Positions 26,241-37,900 of a stretch of 64,000 bases of DNA are shown one piece after another. Source of the DNA: Squalus acanthias (Eukaryota); assembly GCA_030390025.1 (NCBI GenBank), contig JASTWF010000338.1, positions 248,001 to 312,000 of the forward strand, in the 5' to 3' direction. Both the position numbers and the translations under genes were made by a program. Every line of letters starts with the position of its first letter. Position 1 is the first letter of the stretch. Below the pieces are notes generated by a model, which made no database searches, had not been told where the DNA came from, and worked only from the letters and a program-made list of their open reading frames with translations.

Positions 26241-27722
26241 CCCCATGATAGAGTGATTGGAACGCCCACAATCTACTGGGACTGGGTAGGCTTCAGTGGC
26301 TAGGCGGAGCTGACACAGGCTCAGTGAATTGCTGAACGGGTGGAGGGCTGCGAGGTGTTTGTTGCTAATCCAGGAGGGGACTAAACCTTGTTTTAAATCC
26401 TCCAGGTTGCTGCAGCCCTCGCCCAGCAACCATGCCCCGTGTAGCACACACACCTCATTCTGTGCAGCCTGATCCAAAGCATTCCTATCCTCCCGTATGA
26501 GTGCATTTACTGTTTTAGCGTGTCTCTCTAGCTCAGCAATGATCTCCTTTAAATGGACCGTCATAGCTTGGTCCTCGTGTAGCTTTGAGCCTACCGCTTT
26601 GTTTTCTTCCATTAGGATCTTTCGTAGTTGGGTTTTTAGACCATTTATCTGTGTTTGTAGTTCTATATCGTCCAGGCTATTTATTACAGAGGATCCTGTA
26701 TTGTAGGTAGTGAAAATATCGTTCCAGGTCCCCCTTCTTTGTCTCCCTGCGCCCATAGTGTGCTCTGCGTGTAGTTTGTACAGCTCTGCTTTGTCTATGT
26801 TGGCAAAGTCAAATTCGTAGAATTTCCTAAACATTTCTTTCAGCAGGGCCTGGTGTAGCTGTTCTGTCTCCTTAGGACACCATTCAGGTAAGTGTACCTC
26901 GGTAAGGTTTAAAATAACTGAAGCTGCTGCATAGTGTACCCCCTGGTAGAGTACCTTTTCGGTCGGCACTAGCACTAGCCCATTCTCTGGTCCCTTGGTG
27001 GTGGAAGGACACCTCTCTATCACTGTCTGTGATGTCGTGGTCGTGGGCAGGGGCTTTCGGGGGCGTGCTACTAGTTTGGTGACGTTGACTGGAATCGGGG
27101 AGTGTGGGAGCGCGCACGCATGCAGGCTAGAGTCCCACCCCATCCCCTTCCCGGTGTCTTGTCATTGTCTGGAGAAGATGATGGATATGCCTGTGGGGCA
27201 GGCTCTCTCTGATCCCCACATACAGACATAGATTCCCTGTTCCGACTCCCACCACTTATTCCAACACACACCCACTCCCCCTTGGGTCCCTGTGATCGTC
27301 CAGTAGGTGTCGTTCCCCAGTCGTTCCCAGTCAGCTGTACGGTCCCCTATGTCCCTGCTCAGCTTCCTGAGCCACCACCACCTATCCAGGGGAATCCGTC
27401 CCTTGCAGGTGAGACACACACGTTTCCCCTCAGTGACGCTGACCCTTGTAGCAACGACCTGTACCCTGGGGCACGAGATGGAGGCCTCCCCGTAGGTGAA
27501 CCCGGTCTGGCTGGAGTATTTTGTGGAGTTCGACCCCAGCCACCCTGGCCAGCTTCCCTCATGGAAGTAAATAGCGAGCTCCTCCACACCCGGTTTGCCA
27601 CCCCCAGCGGTAACGATCGGCGCTCTCTCTCCCGAGCACCCATAAATGTGGGAGTCCTCCACGTCACCTCGGTCACCAATGCTCACCCCTACCAGGGCGA
27701 GCAGGAGCAGAACCCTTGTCAT
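26241..27722 (-). pseudogene. env: env: signal peptide + Ig-like domain + class I fusion-like protein; one in-frame TGA (27162-27164), C-terminus truncated by CR1
   Basis: MTRVLLLLALVGVSIG; VSVTEGKRVCLTC...WWW...GIYVC; furin site RQRR|G followed by heptad IELQTQINGLKTQLRKIL. ORFs 27162-27749 and 26229-27143 are in the same frame. Confidence 0.75.
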
Positions 27723-27735
27723 GCCGATTTCCTCT

Positions 27736-27760
27736 CTGTAGGGACACACAAAACAGATAG
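27736..27760 (-). promoter_or_regulatory. Putative env splice acceptor
   Basis: Minus strand CTATCTGTTTTGTGTGTCCCTACAG|AGAGGAAATCGGC-ATG, with the acceptor 13 nt before the env ATG. Confidence 0.6.
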
Positions 27761-27924
27761 CCCTGTCCCGAGAAGGTTCTCTGGCTTGACAGGTGATCGA
27801 GTCTCGAAAATTTACTTACTTAAGTAAAAATAATTCACTAAAACTAAAACTACCAAAAACTGTAAAACACACCTAAAATACCTAAAAACTCTGTACATCT
27901 GCCGCCCGTCTCCGGACGGCCAGG

Positions 27925-30900
27925 CTAATTCCTGTATGGCCTCTGCCTTGGGCAGCCTCTCAGCAGCCTGTACGCCTGGGCGTAAGGTGGCCTGTACCGC
28001 AGGACCCGGAGAGTCCTTCTTAAAACGGCTGAGGGTTTCCCTGAATCCCTGATAATCCGGGGAGTGTCCCCTCCTGTGCTACAGCACACTACCCCCTTTG
28101 GTGTGGCTGCTGAGTCCCTGTCCTGTCCTGTGGGTTCCCCGCAGCCTGAGGCTGCAGGCTGGGGATCCCTCTTCTTAGAATGACCCCTGACTTTGGGTAT
28201 TCTCTTTCGGGTTGTGGCCCTTGCTGGGCTGAAGCACTGAAACTCTGGTGACCACGGTCGTTTTGGCTGTGGTGTGCGAGGAGACCTTCTCAGGACTCTG
28301 GCTACCGGGGGTGCGTCCGAGTCCCACATAATTGGTGGGGTAGCCCCTCCGGTGACACAAGCCACTGCCCCTACCGGTGCGGTCTGTGAGTCTGCCACAG
28401 CTGCTGGCTGAGGCTCTCTAACTTTAGGGCGGTTCGCCCTTGCTGGCTGTTCCCCTTTGGATTTAAACAGCTTACACTGCTTAATGTGGAACCACTTGGT
28501 GCGGCGGGGCATCATTATGGCGTAGACCATGGGGCTTGCCTTGTCGACAATGCTGTACGGCCCCATGTACAGTGGTTCAAAACTCCCTACCCGGGCAAAA
28601 TTCCTAACCATGACCTGATCCCCTATCTCCCACTCGTGGTGCTTGCGGGGTTCTAGCAGCAGTCGGTTACTCCGATGCTGTTTTCCCATGTTGCTAGCAG
28701 CCTGCCAGTGAACCTGTTTAAGGTGTTCAAACAGATTCCTGACAAAGCTGTCCCAGTTGACCTCACTGAGCTGACCCTCCGTGAGCAATGGGGCTAGCAC
28801 ATGGGTGGGGGTCCGCATAATCCTACCAGTCATAAGCTGGTGTGGGGAATACCCCGTGCTTTTTGACTGGCTGGCTCGGATCCCCATTAGGACCAACGGT
28901 AAGACTTCTACCCACTTCTTGGGTGAGTCTCCCGTTTCCTTCCGTAGCCTTTCCTTAATGGTACGGTTTAAACGCTCCACAGGACCCGATGACTGCGGGT
29001 TGTGGGCGACGTGCCAGTTCCCTTCAATGCCGAGTACGCTGAGGGTCTCTTGCATGACCTGCCCGGTAAAATGACTCCCCTGGTCGGACTCCACATACTG
29101 CGGTAGACCCCATCATGAGAACACTTCCCTGACCAGGATCCTAGCCATACCCAATGCGGTAGCAGTACGGCATGGGAACGCTTCCACCCACTTTGAGAAC
29201 ACATCCACCAGGACTAGGCAGTACTTAAAGCCTCCCTGGGCGGTGGGTAGGGGCCCAATGTAATCGACCTGGATCGACTGCCATGGTCCCTCTACCCTCC
29301 TGATGTGTCCCATAGATACCTTCCTTTTCTGGGGGTCTGGGTTGTTAGCAGCACACACCAAACAGCCGGCACAAAACTCGCGGACCTCTTCCCTGAGTCC
29401 TGGCCACCATCCTGTCTGTTCCACCCGTTGCCAGGTGGTCTCAGGTCCGGGATGCCCCGCTCCTGGACCCTCATGGGCCAGTTGGAGGAATTCCCTTCGG
29501 TGCTGCTGCGGCACCATCCACTGCTCCCCCCTGAACAGCATGCCTTCCTTAACGGTGATGGCTGCTGTGCCGTACGGGCCCTCTATCTTTTCCCCTTTTA
29601 CCAGGGTGTTCAGGACGGCCTTGAGGACGGTATCCTGGGCTTGGGCCTGCTTTAAGTCCGGGGCCAAGGCTACCCACTGGGTGCCTCCCTTGCTCCGGAT
29701 TGCGGCTACCGGACCTGTTTGGTACGCATCCCAGAATACCCCTTCCCTGGCCCCCTGTTTGGCCAGCTTGTCTGCCTTACAGTTACTCTCCCACCTGGGC
29801 TCTGTTTTTGAATGGGCCTTGACCTTATGGATATAGACCTTCCCTTCCTCCTCCACGGCCGCCATGATTTTCTCCAACAGGGGCTTTATGGTGAGGGGTC
29901 TCCCATCAGCGGAGGTATATCCGCGACGGGACCAGATGGCCAGGTACTCCGTACACGAATTGCATGTGAACATGCTGTCCGAGCAAATCGTGTATGGGGT
30001 AGGGAACTTCTCGGGGTGTGTAACCACGTACACTACCGCAGACAGTTCAGCCTGCTGGGCGCTCATGGTGCTGGGGAGTTTAATTGCCAGGGCAATGCCT
30101 GCCTCCTGGTCATAAACTCCACACCCGGTGAGTCGCTCGCCAGCAGATACTGTGCTCGAACCGTCCACATAGATTTCGCGGCGTGTGGGGTGTATCCCGG
30201 CCCGAAAACCTATGTTGACTTCCCATACCCCTTCAATGGAACACCGGTGGGCAGTCCCTGGGTAGATCATGTTGGCTGCGAGCTTCGGCTCGCAGAGACC
30301 TTTCACCCTTAGGTCCATCTGGGAGAGAAGCAGGGTCCAGCGAGCAATGCGGGCACTGCTCACTGTCCAGACTTTGATTCTCCCATCTAGGAGCATCTGC
30401 GTGGGCGTGTGATGGGTGAGCAGGGTGATGGGAGATGTTCCTGTGAAGATCAATGATCTTTTCACAGCCCAGTGAGTGGCAAGGAGGTGCCTCTCACAGT
30501 TGGAATAGCCCTTCTCCACATCGGTGAGTATCCTGGAGGAGTAAACCACTGGTCTCAGCCGGTCGTGCCTCTCTTGGAGCAGCACGGCACTGAGACTGTC
30601 CCCGCTGGCTGCCACCTCCAGGAAAAACTCCCTCTCCCCATCAATGGCCCCTAGAGCCGGCGCGGTCTGCAGATCTTTCTTTAACTTGAGAAATGCTGCC
30701 TCGCAACCCTCGTCCCAGATCCACTCCACACCCTTGTGTAGGAGTCGGAGCAGAGGGGCTGCGGTGGCTGCGTAATCCTCAATGAAATCTCTGCAGTACC
30801 CGGTTAACCCTAGAAAGGATCTCACTCCTGTGACTGTGTTGGGGGCTGGTAACTCCTGCACTGCTTCCCTCCTAGCTTTGTCGATGGCCCGTTCCCCAGC

Positions 30901-32123
30901 GCGCACAGTTAGTCCGAGGAATTTTACTTCCTGTTGGCCGATCTGTACCTTCTTTGGGTTCACTTTGAAGCCTTCTTGCCGGAGCAGCTCCAGCAGTTCA
31001 GCCAGTAGTGGACCGTGTTCCTCTCCCTCATCGGTGAACAGGAGTAGGTCATCCACATACTGTACCAACTGCCGGGGCCGGCTGAAGCCCTTCAAACAAT
31101 TCGCCATGCATTGGTGAAAAATGCTAGGGCTGTTGTGGAAGCCCTGAGGTAGGCAGTTCCAGGTGTACTGTTGGCCTTTAAAAGTGAAGGCGAACTTGTA
31201 CTGGTCCTCTCTTCATAAAGGGATGGACCAAAACCCGTTGGAAATGTTCAGCACTGTGAAAGTGGTCGCGGATGCTGGGATACTTCCGATGAGGTCGGTG
31301 ATGGCTGCTACCGTGGGTGCACAGGCGGGGATGTTACGGTTGAGTGCCCGATAGTCCACTGTGGCCCTCCAGGAGTTGTCCGGTTTTCTAACCGGCCACA
31401 GTGGAGAGTTTACGTGGGTGGCTATCGGTCTCAATACCCCCTGTGTTACTAAAGAAGCCATGGCCTTTTCCATGTCTGCTTCCGCCTCCCTGGGGAAATT
31501 GTATTGCTTCTGTGGTCGGGTCATGGGATCCCCACTGACACTAACCTCAACCCCGTTTACCCTCCCACAATCGTGCTTGTGAGTGGCAAATGCTGCGAGA
31601 TGTGCTTGCACAAATGCCTGGTATGCCATCGGAGTGTTACTGACCATTTGTTCGAGGTCATAACCTTCCTTTGGTTTCAGGGTGCACAAGGTCCCCTTGC
31701 CCTGTTTCCCTGGGATGACTGCCACTTCACTTTCTCTGCCAGTACATGCTCCCCACTGACAATGGTTCCTAAGATCCACTAGAATCCTGTGGCCTGTGAT
31801 AAAGTCGGCCCCCAGGATCCCCGTCCCTTCCCGCTCCCATTTCATCAGGACACAGGTCCACTTGGTGTGGAGTGCTCCTAAATGAATGGACAGCGGGATG
31901 GAGAACGAGCCAGCCTGCTCATTACCTGTAAACTCCACTAATCTGTACGGGAGCCGTTAGACAGAGGTGAGGCGGCGGGGTTGGCTGAATAGACTATGGT
32001 GCTGGAAGCTCCAGTATCTAACAGATAAGTCCCTTTCACCTTCTCCACCTCCATCCTAACGAGTGTTCTCTTCCATGCGTCGTACTCCAGGGGACACAGG
32101 TAGACAGGCTGCGCTGGCTCTAG
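27925..32123 (-). pseudogene. pol: pro-pol (protease, RT, tether, RNase H, integrase); one frameshift (~31950) and two in-frame TGA (31213, 29113)
   Basis: LLDTGASST; ILGADF; NSPLWPVRKP..W.ATVDYR; LPQGF; YVDD; IYVDGSS/SAQQAEL/SDS/KVKAH; HHCC; VDYIGP; SDQG; VERLNRTIK; GPY. Confidence 0.9.
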
Positions 32124-32888
32124 TCATAAGTCTGCGTTAGGGGGGGCAGATGGGGTTAAAGCAGCAGTGGCGGTGGCTACTTTCCCCGGGCCGTTTACTA
32201 GAGCTCGGATCGCAGCCATGACCGAGTCTAATGTGGGGGAAGAGGTCAGTGCTTCGGTGCTTGGGGCAGGAGCTGGAGAGTTCTTCCCTATGTTATCCTT
32301 CCACAGATTCCTGCAGTCTTTTCTCCAATGCCAACTCTTCCCGCACCAGAAGCAGTTACGCTTCGTGTCGGAAGGGTTACCCCCTTCCTGGTGCCACTCT
32401 TTCTTTTTGCTAGGCCTTATTTCATGTACCTTTCCCTTAGGTGGGTGCTCTTCTGTCCCTCTACCATTCCGGTAAGCCAGGGTCAGTTGTCTGACCACTG
32501 TCTCCTCGGTGACCCGGGGGTCTTTCGGGTCAAACCACAGCTCAGCCTTGGCCCTGATCCGTGGCAAGCTGTTTGCCACTAGGCTTCGGAGCCAGTGGGC
32601 CAGCTCATCCTGATTCAGGTGAGCCCGGTCGAGAACTCCAATACAGGCACTCCTGTACACAGGCCACAGTCGGTCTGCGAAAGCCTGTGGGGTCTCCCCT
32701 ACAAGCTGGGTTGTCTTCTCCACCCGGGAGAAGGGACTACCATCATTCATTCCCATGGCCTCCAGAACTCCCTCCCGGATAGTGGCATATCCACCCTGAC
32801 CTCTTTTACTCTCTGCGGAGAGGGACTGGTAGATTTTGCTATCTAGGAAGAACAGGAGCATCTTTGCCATCTCGGCATCATCGCAATC
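32124..32888 (-). pseudogene. gag: gag C-terminal portion with zinc knuckle, 5' part lost at a CR1 junction
   Basis: QLVGETPQAFADRL (MHR-like) and CFWCGKSWHWRKDC, directly upstream of protease. Confidence 0.85.
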
Positions 32889-34089
32889 GTGGTGTATTTG
32901 GACTTTCAGAAGGCTTTCGATAAGGTCCCGCATAAGAGATTAGCGTGCAAAGTTAAAGCACATGGGATTGGTGGGGGTAAGGTACTGACTTGGATAGAAA
33001 ACTGGTTGGCAGACAGGAAGCAAAGAGTTGGAATAAAGGGGTCTTTTTCCGAGTGGCAGGCAGTGACTAGTGGGGTACCGCAGGGATCGGTGCTAGGACC
33101 CCAGCTATTCACAATATATATTAATGATCTAGACGAGGGAACTAGATGTAATATCTCCAAGTTTGCAGACAACACAAAGCTAGGTGGGCGTATGTGCTGT
33201 GAGGAGGTTGCAGAGAAACTGCATTATGATTTGGACAGGTTGGGTGATTGGGCAGATGCATGGCAGATGCATGGATAAATGCGAGGATATCCACTTTGGT
33301 GGCAAAAACAGGAAGGCACATTATCTGAACGGCAATAGATTGGGAAAAGGGGAAGTGTAACGAGACCTGCGTGTCCTTGTGCACCAGTCGCTGAAGGTAA
33401 GCATGCAGGTGCAGCAGGCGGTTAAGAAGGCAAATGGTATGTTGGCCTTCATAGCGAGAGGATTAGAGTACAGGAGCAAGGATGTCTTGCTGCAGTTGTA
33501 CAGGGCCTTGGTGAGACCATACCTTGAGTATTGTGTGCAGTTTTGGTCGCCTTATCTGAGGAAGGATGCTCTTGCCATGGAGGGAGTGCAGCGAAGATTC
33601 ACCAGACTGATACCTGGGATGGCAGGAATGACGTATGAAGAGAGATTGGGTCGATTAGGCTTATATTCGCTAGAGTATAGAAGAATGAGAGGGGATCTCA
33701 TTGAAACTTATAAAATTCTAACAGGTCCAGACAGACTAGATGCAGGAAGGCTGTTCCCGATTGCGGGGGAGTCCAGAACCAAGGGTCACAGTCTAAGGAT
33801 AAGGGGTAAGCCATTTAGGACTGAGAGGAGGAGGAATTTCTTCACCCAGAGAGTGGTGAACATGTGGAATACTCTACCACAGAAGGTAGTTGAGGCCAAT
33901 TCATTAAATATCTTCAAGAAGGAGTTAGATATATTTCTTAAGGCTAAAGGGATCAAGGGATATGGGGAGAAAGCAGGGACAGGGTACTGAATTTGGATGA
34001 TCAGCCATGATCACATTGAATGGCGGAGCAGGCTCGAGGGGCCGAATGGCCTACTCCTGCTCCTATCTTCTATGTTTCTATGTTTCTAT
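32889..34089 (+). mobile_element. CR1 LINE, same subfamily as 25275-26240
   Basis: VYLDFQKAFDKVPH...GVPQGSVLGP, and a nearly identical 3' end and tail. Confidence 0.95.
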
Positions 34090-34935
34090 GACAGTCACTC
34101 TCACCTCACCTCTGGAATTCAGCTCTTTTGTCCATGTTTGGACCAAGGCTGTAATGCGGTCAGGAGCCAAGTGGTCCTGACGGAAACCAAACTGGTCATC
34201 GGTGAGCTGGGTATTTGTGCCTTTGTTAGTGCCGCTTGATAGCATTGTCGATGACAGCTTCCATCACTTTGCTGATGATGGAGAGATGGCTGATGGGATG
34301 GTAACGGGCTGTCGGATTAGTCCAGCTTTTTGTGGACTGTACATACCTGGCCAATTTACCACTTTGTCGGGGCGATGCCAGTACGGGAACAGCTTGGATA
34401 GTGTTGCAGCTAGTTCTGGACACAGGTCTTCAGCACTGCAGCCGCGATGTTGTCAGAACCCATAGCCTTTGCTGTATCCAGTGCCCTGTACCGTTCTTGA
34501 TATCACATGGAGTGAAGTGAATTAGCTGAAGACTGGCTTCTGTGAGGGTGGGACCTCAGGAGCAGGCCAAGATGCATCATCCACTTGGCACTTGTGACTG
34601 AAGATGGTTGCGAAGGCTTCAGCCTTGTCTTTTTCACTCAGGTGCTGTGCTCCGCCATCATTCAGGATGTGGATGCCCAGTTTTGAGCTGCTAGATGTGC
34701 TCTGAATCTATTCCATTTATCACGGTGGTAGTGTACAGAACACGATGAAGGGGTGTCCTCAGTGACTCGGTAGTACCATGATTGACCAAGCTGGCTGAGT
34801 CCTGAAGGACATAGCAGCCAGACTGGCTCACGGCAGGTGGTGAGAGAACAAACACGAGCCACTACCATGCCACACTTGGTGATGGACATTGAAGTCCCCC
34901 ACCCAGAGTACATTCTGTGCACCAGCAGCCACAGT
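34090..34935 (-). mobile_element. Deleted fragments of the LINE family at 61050-64000
   Basis: Collinear similarity with parts of 62170-63465, including LWVGDFNVHH. Confidence 0.8.
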
Positions 34936-34959
34936 GCGCCTGGTGAGGAGGGAGTAAAT

Positions 34960-37900
34960 GTTTAAGATGGTGGATGTTATGCTAAACTTGAATCGAACCT
35001 GGTTGGACCACACTTGGAGTACTGCATACAATTCTGGACACCATATTATAAAAAGGATATAGAGGCACTGGAGAGGGTGCAAAAAATGATGAGTAAAACA
35101 TTAGAGCTGAAGGACAGGCTAGGGGGTGTGGCCCAAATAAGGGTTCTTTACAAAAATGCACGGAGTAGAAGGAATAAATTGAATGAACTGCAGGCATGAA
35201 TTCAAATTGGAGGGTTTGACATTGTAGCTATTACTGAGACATGGCTGCAAGACGGTCAGGACTGGGAACTAAATATACCAGGTTATAAGGTCTTCAGGGA
35301 AGATAGGGAAAATGGCAGAGGGGGAGGAGTAGCCTTAAGTGATTAAGGATGAAATCACTTCAATGATAAGAGAGGATTTAAGGAGAGGTAAGCAGGCAGT
35401 GGAGACGTTATGGGTTGAATTATGAAATAAAGGATCTAAGACTGTAGTGGGAGTTGTGAAGTGCTAGATTGTATAAATGAAGAGATTAGACAATCGTGTA
35501 GCAATGGCAGAGTGTTTTTAATGGGGGATTTTAACTTTCATACAGATTGGGAAAAGCAGACTCGCACCTGTCAGAAAGGTAGTGAATTTCTTGAGTGTGT
35601 CCGGGATAGTTTTCTACAACAATATGTCCTAGAGGCAACAAGGGGGCAAGTCATATTAGATTTAGTAATGGAGGCGGTGCAACGAAGGTTCACTAGATTG
35701 ATTCCTGGGATGAGAGGGCTGTCCTATGATGAGAGATTGTGTAGAATGGGCCTATACTCTCTGGAGTTTAGAAGAATGAGAGGTGATCTCATTGAAACAT
35801 ACAAGATTCTGAAAGGGATTGACAGGGTAGATGCTGAGAGGTTGTTTCCCCTGGCTGGAGTGTCTAGAACTAGGGGGCATAGTCTCAGGATAAGGGGTCG
35901 GCCATTTAAGACTGAGATGAGGAGGAATTTCTTCACTCAGAGGGTTGTGAATCTTTGGAATTCTCTGGCCCCAGAGGGATGTGAATGCTGAGTCTTTGAG
36001 TATATTCAAGGCTGCGATCGATAGATTTTTTAGACTCCAGGTGAATCAAGGGATATGGAGATCGGGCGGGAACGTGGAGTTGAGGTCGATGATCAGCCAT
36101 GATCTTATTGAATGGTGGAGCAGGCTCGAGGGGCCGTATGGCCTACTCCTGCTCTTATTTCTTATGTTCTTATGTTCTGCCTGGAGGTGGTTGCGAAAGA
36201 AGGAGATGAGGAGAGAGAAAACACAATACAAAAGCTAGAGCTGATTTTAATCATTTATAAAATTGGGCCAAATATAACACTAACCGTTTACATATTTTGT
36301 TAATGGACAAACAAAATGCTGCCAATTAATTCTCCCCTGAGGCTAACGGAACAGACTGCTGCTGATTGGAGACAAAGAGCTCGTGACACTTTCAGAATGA
36401 GACCTGTATGGGAGGGGAAGGCGATGCCATGTGACCCAGGCAACTCCTGGAGGGCACTGAGTTCAAAGGACGGTGAACCCAAGGTCTCTTCCTCCTCCCG
36501 TCTTCCCTCCGTCCCGTCCTCTCCCCATTTTAGATGCTGTCTTATTACAGATGTTAAAATATGAGGACGTTCACTGTATTTCCCACTCCATGAAAAAAAA
36601 ATAACAATGTGGGATTTTAAACATCTTTCGGTGTTGCATTTCATACTTCATGTACAGATTGTGGACTTTGAGAAATACTTCACTGTAAAAATCTGTTTCA
36701 TGTAACAATTAAAAAATTGTATTTACCTACTTGTTGGTCAATGTTTTCATTTCATACATTCATCTCATCAACTTATGTAAATATTCAATATTTATCAACA
36801 CAGATAAATGTGAGGTATTACATTTTGGTAAGAAAAATGAGGTCACATATTGGAAATAACTAATCTAAATGGGGTAGAAGAGCAAAGGGATCTCGGAGTA
36901 CAAATACACAAATCACTGAAAGTAGCGACACAGGTTAACAGGGCCATAAAAAACGCAAGCACTGGGGTTTATTTCTAGAGGTATTGAATTGAAAAGTAGT
37001 GAAGTTATGCTAAACTTGAATCGATCCTTGGTTGGACCACACTTGGAGTACTGCATACAATTCTGGACACCATATTATAAAAAGGATATAGAGGCACTGA
37101 AGAGGGTGCAAAAAATGATGAGTAAAACATTAGAGCTGAAGGACAGGCTAGGGGGTGTGGCCCAAATAAGGGTTCTTACACGAATGCACGGAGTATAAGG
37201 AATAAATTGAATGAACTGCAGGCATGAATTCAAATTGGAGGCTATGACATTGTAGCTATTACTGAGACATGGCTGCAAGACGGTCAGGACTGGGAATTAA
37301 ATATACCAGGTTATAAGGTCTACAGGGAAGATAGGGAAAATGGCAGAGGGGGAGGAGTAGCCTTAGTGATTAAGGATGAAATCACTTCAATGATAAGAGA
37401 GGATTTAAGGAGAGGTAAGCAGGCAGTGGAGACGTTATGGGTTGAATTATGAAATAAAGGATCTAAGACTGTAGTGGGAGTTGTGTATAGGCCCCCTGGT
37501 AGCAGCTCTGAAGTGCTAGATTGTATAAATGAAGAGATTAGACAATCGTGTAGCAAAGGCAGAGTGTTTTTAATGGGGGATTTTAACTTTCATAGATTGG
37601 GAAAAGCAAACTAGCACCTGTCAGAAAGGTAGTGAATTTCTTGAGTGTGTCCGGGATAGTTTTCTACAACAATATGTCCTAGAGGCAACAAGGGGGCAAG
37701 TCATATTAGATTTAGTAATGAGTAATGAGCCAGATTTAGTTAACAGCCTAACTGTGCGTGAACATTTATCCAATAGCGATCATAACATGATCGAGTTCAA
37801 AGTAGTGTTTGAAGGGGAGAAACACAAAACAGCCACTAAGATTCTAGATTTAGGTAAGGCCGACTTCAACAGGATGTCCACAGTAAAGTGGGCAAATCTG

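Larger units (their letters stand above)
26241..32888 (-). mobile_element. Endogenous retrovirus-like element, lokiretrovirus-like (gag-pro-pol-env), both ends missing
   Basis: Order is gag(CCHC)-PR-RT(YVDD)-tether-RNase H-IN-env. The dual RNase H is retroviral-type. No LTRs are visible. Confidence 0.8.
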
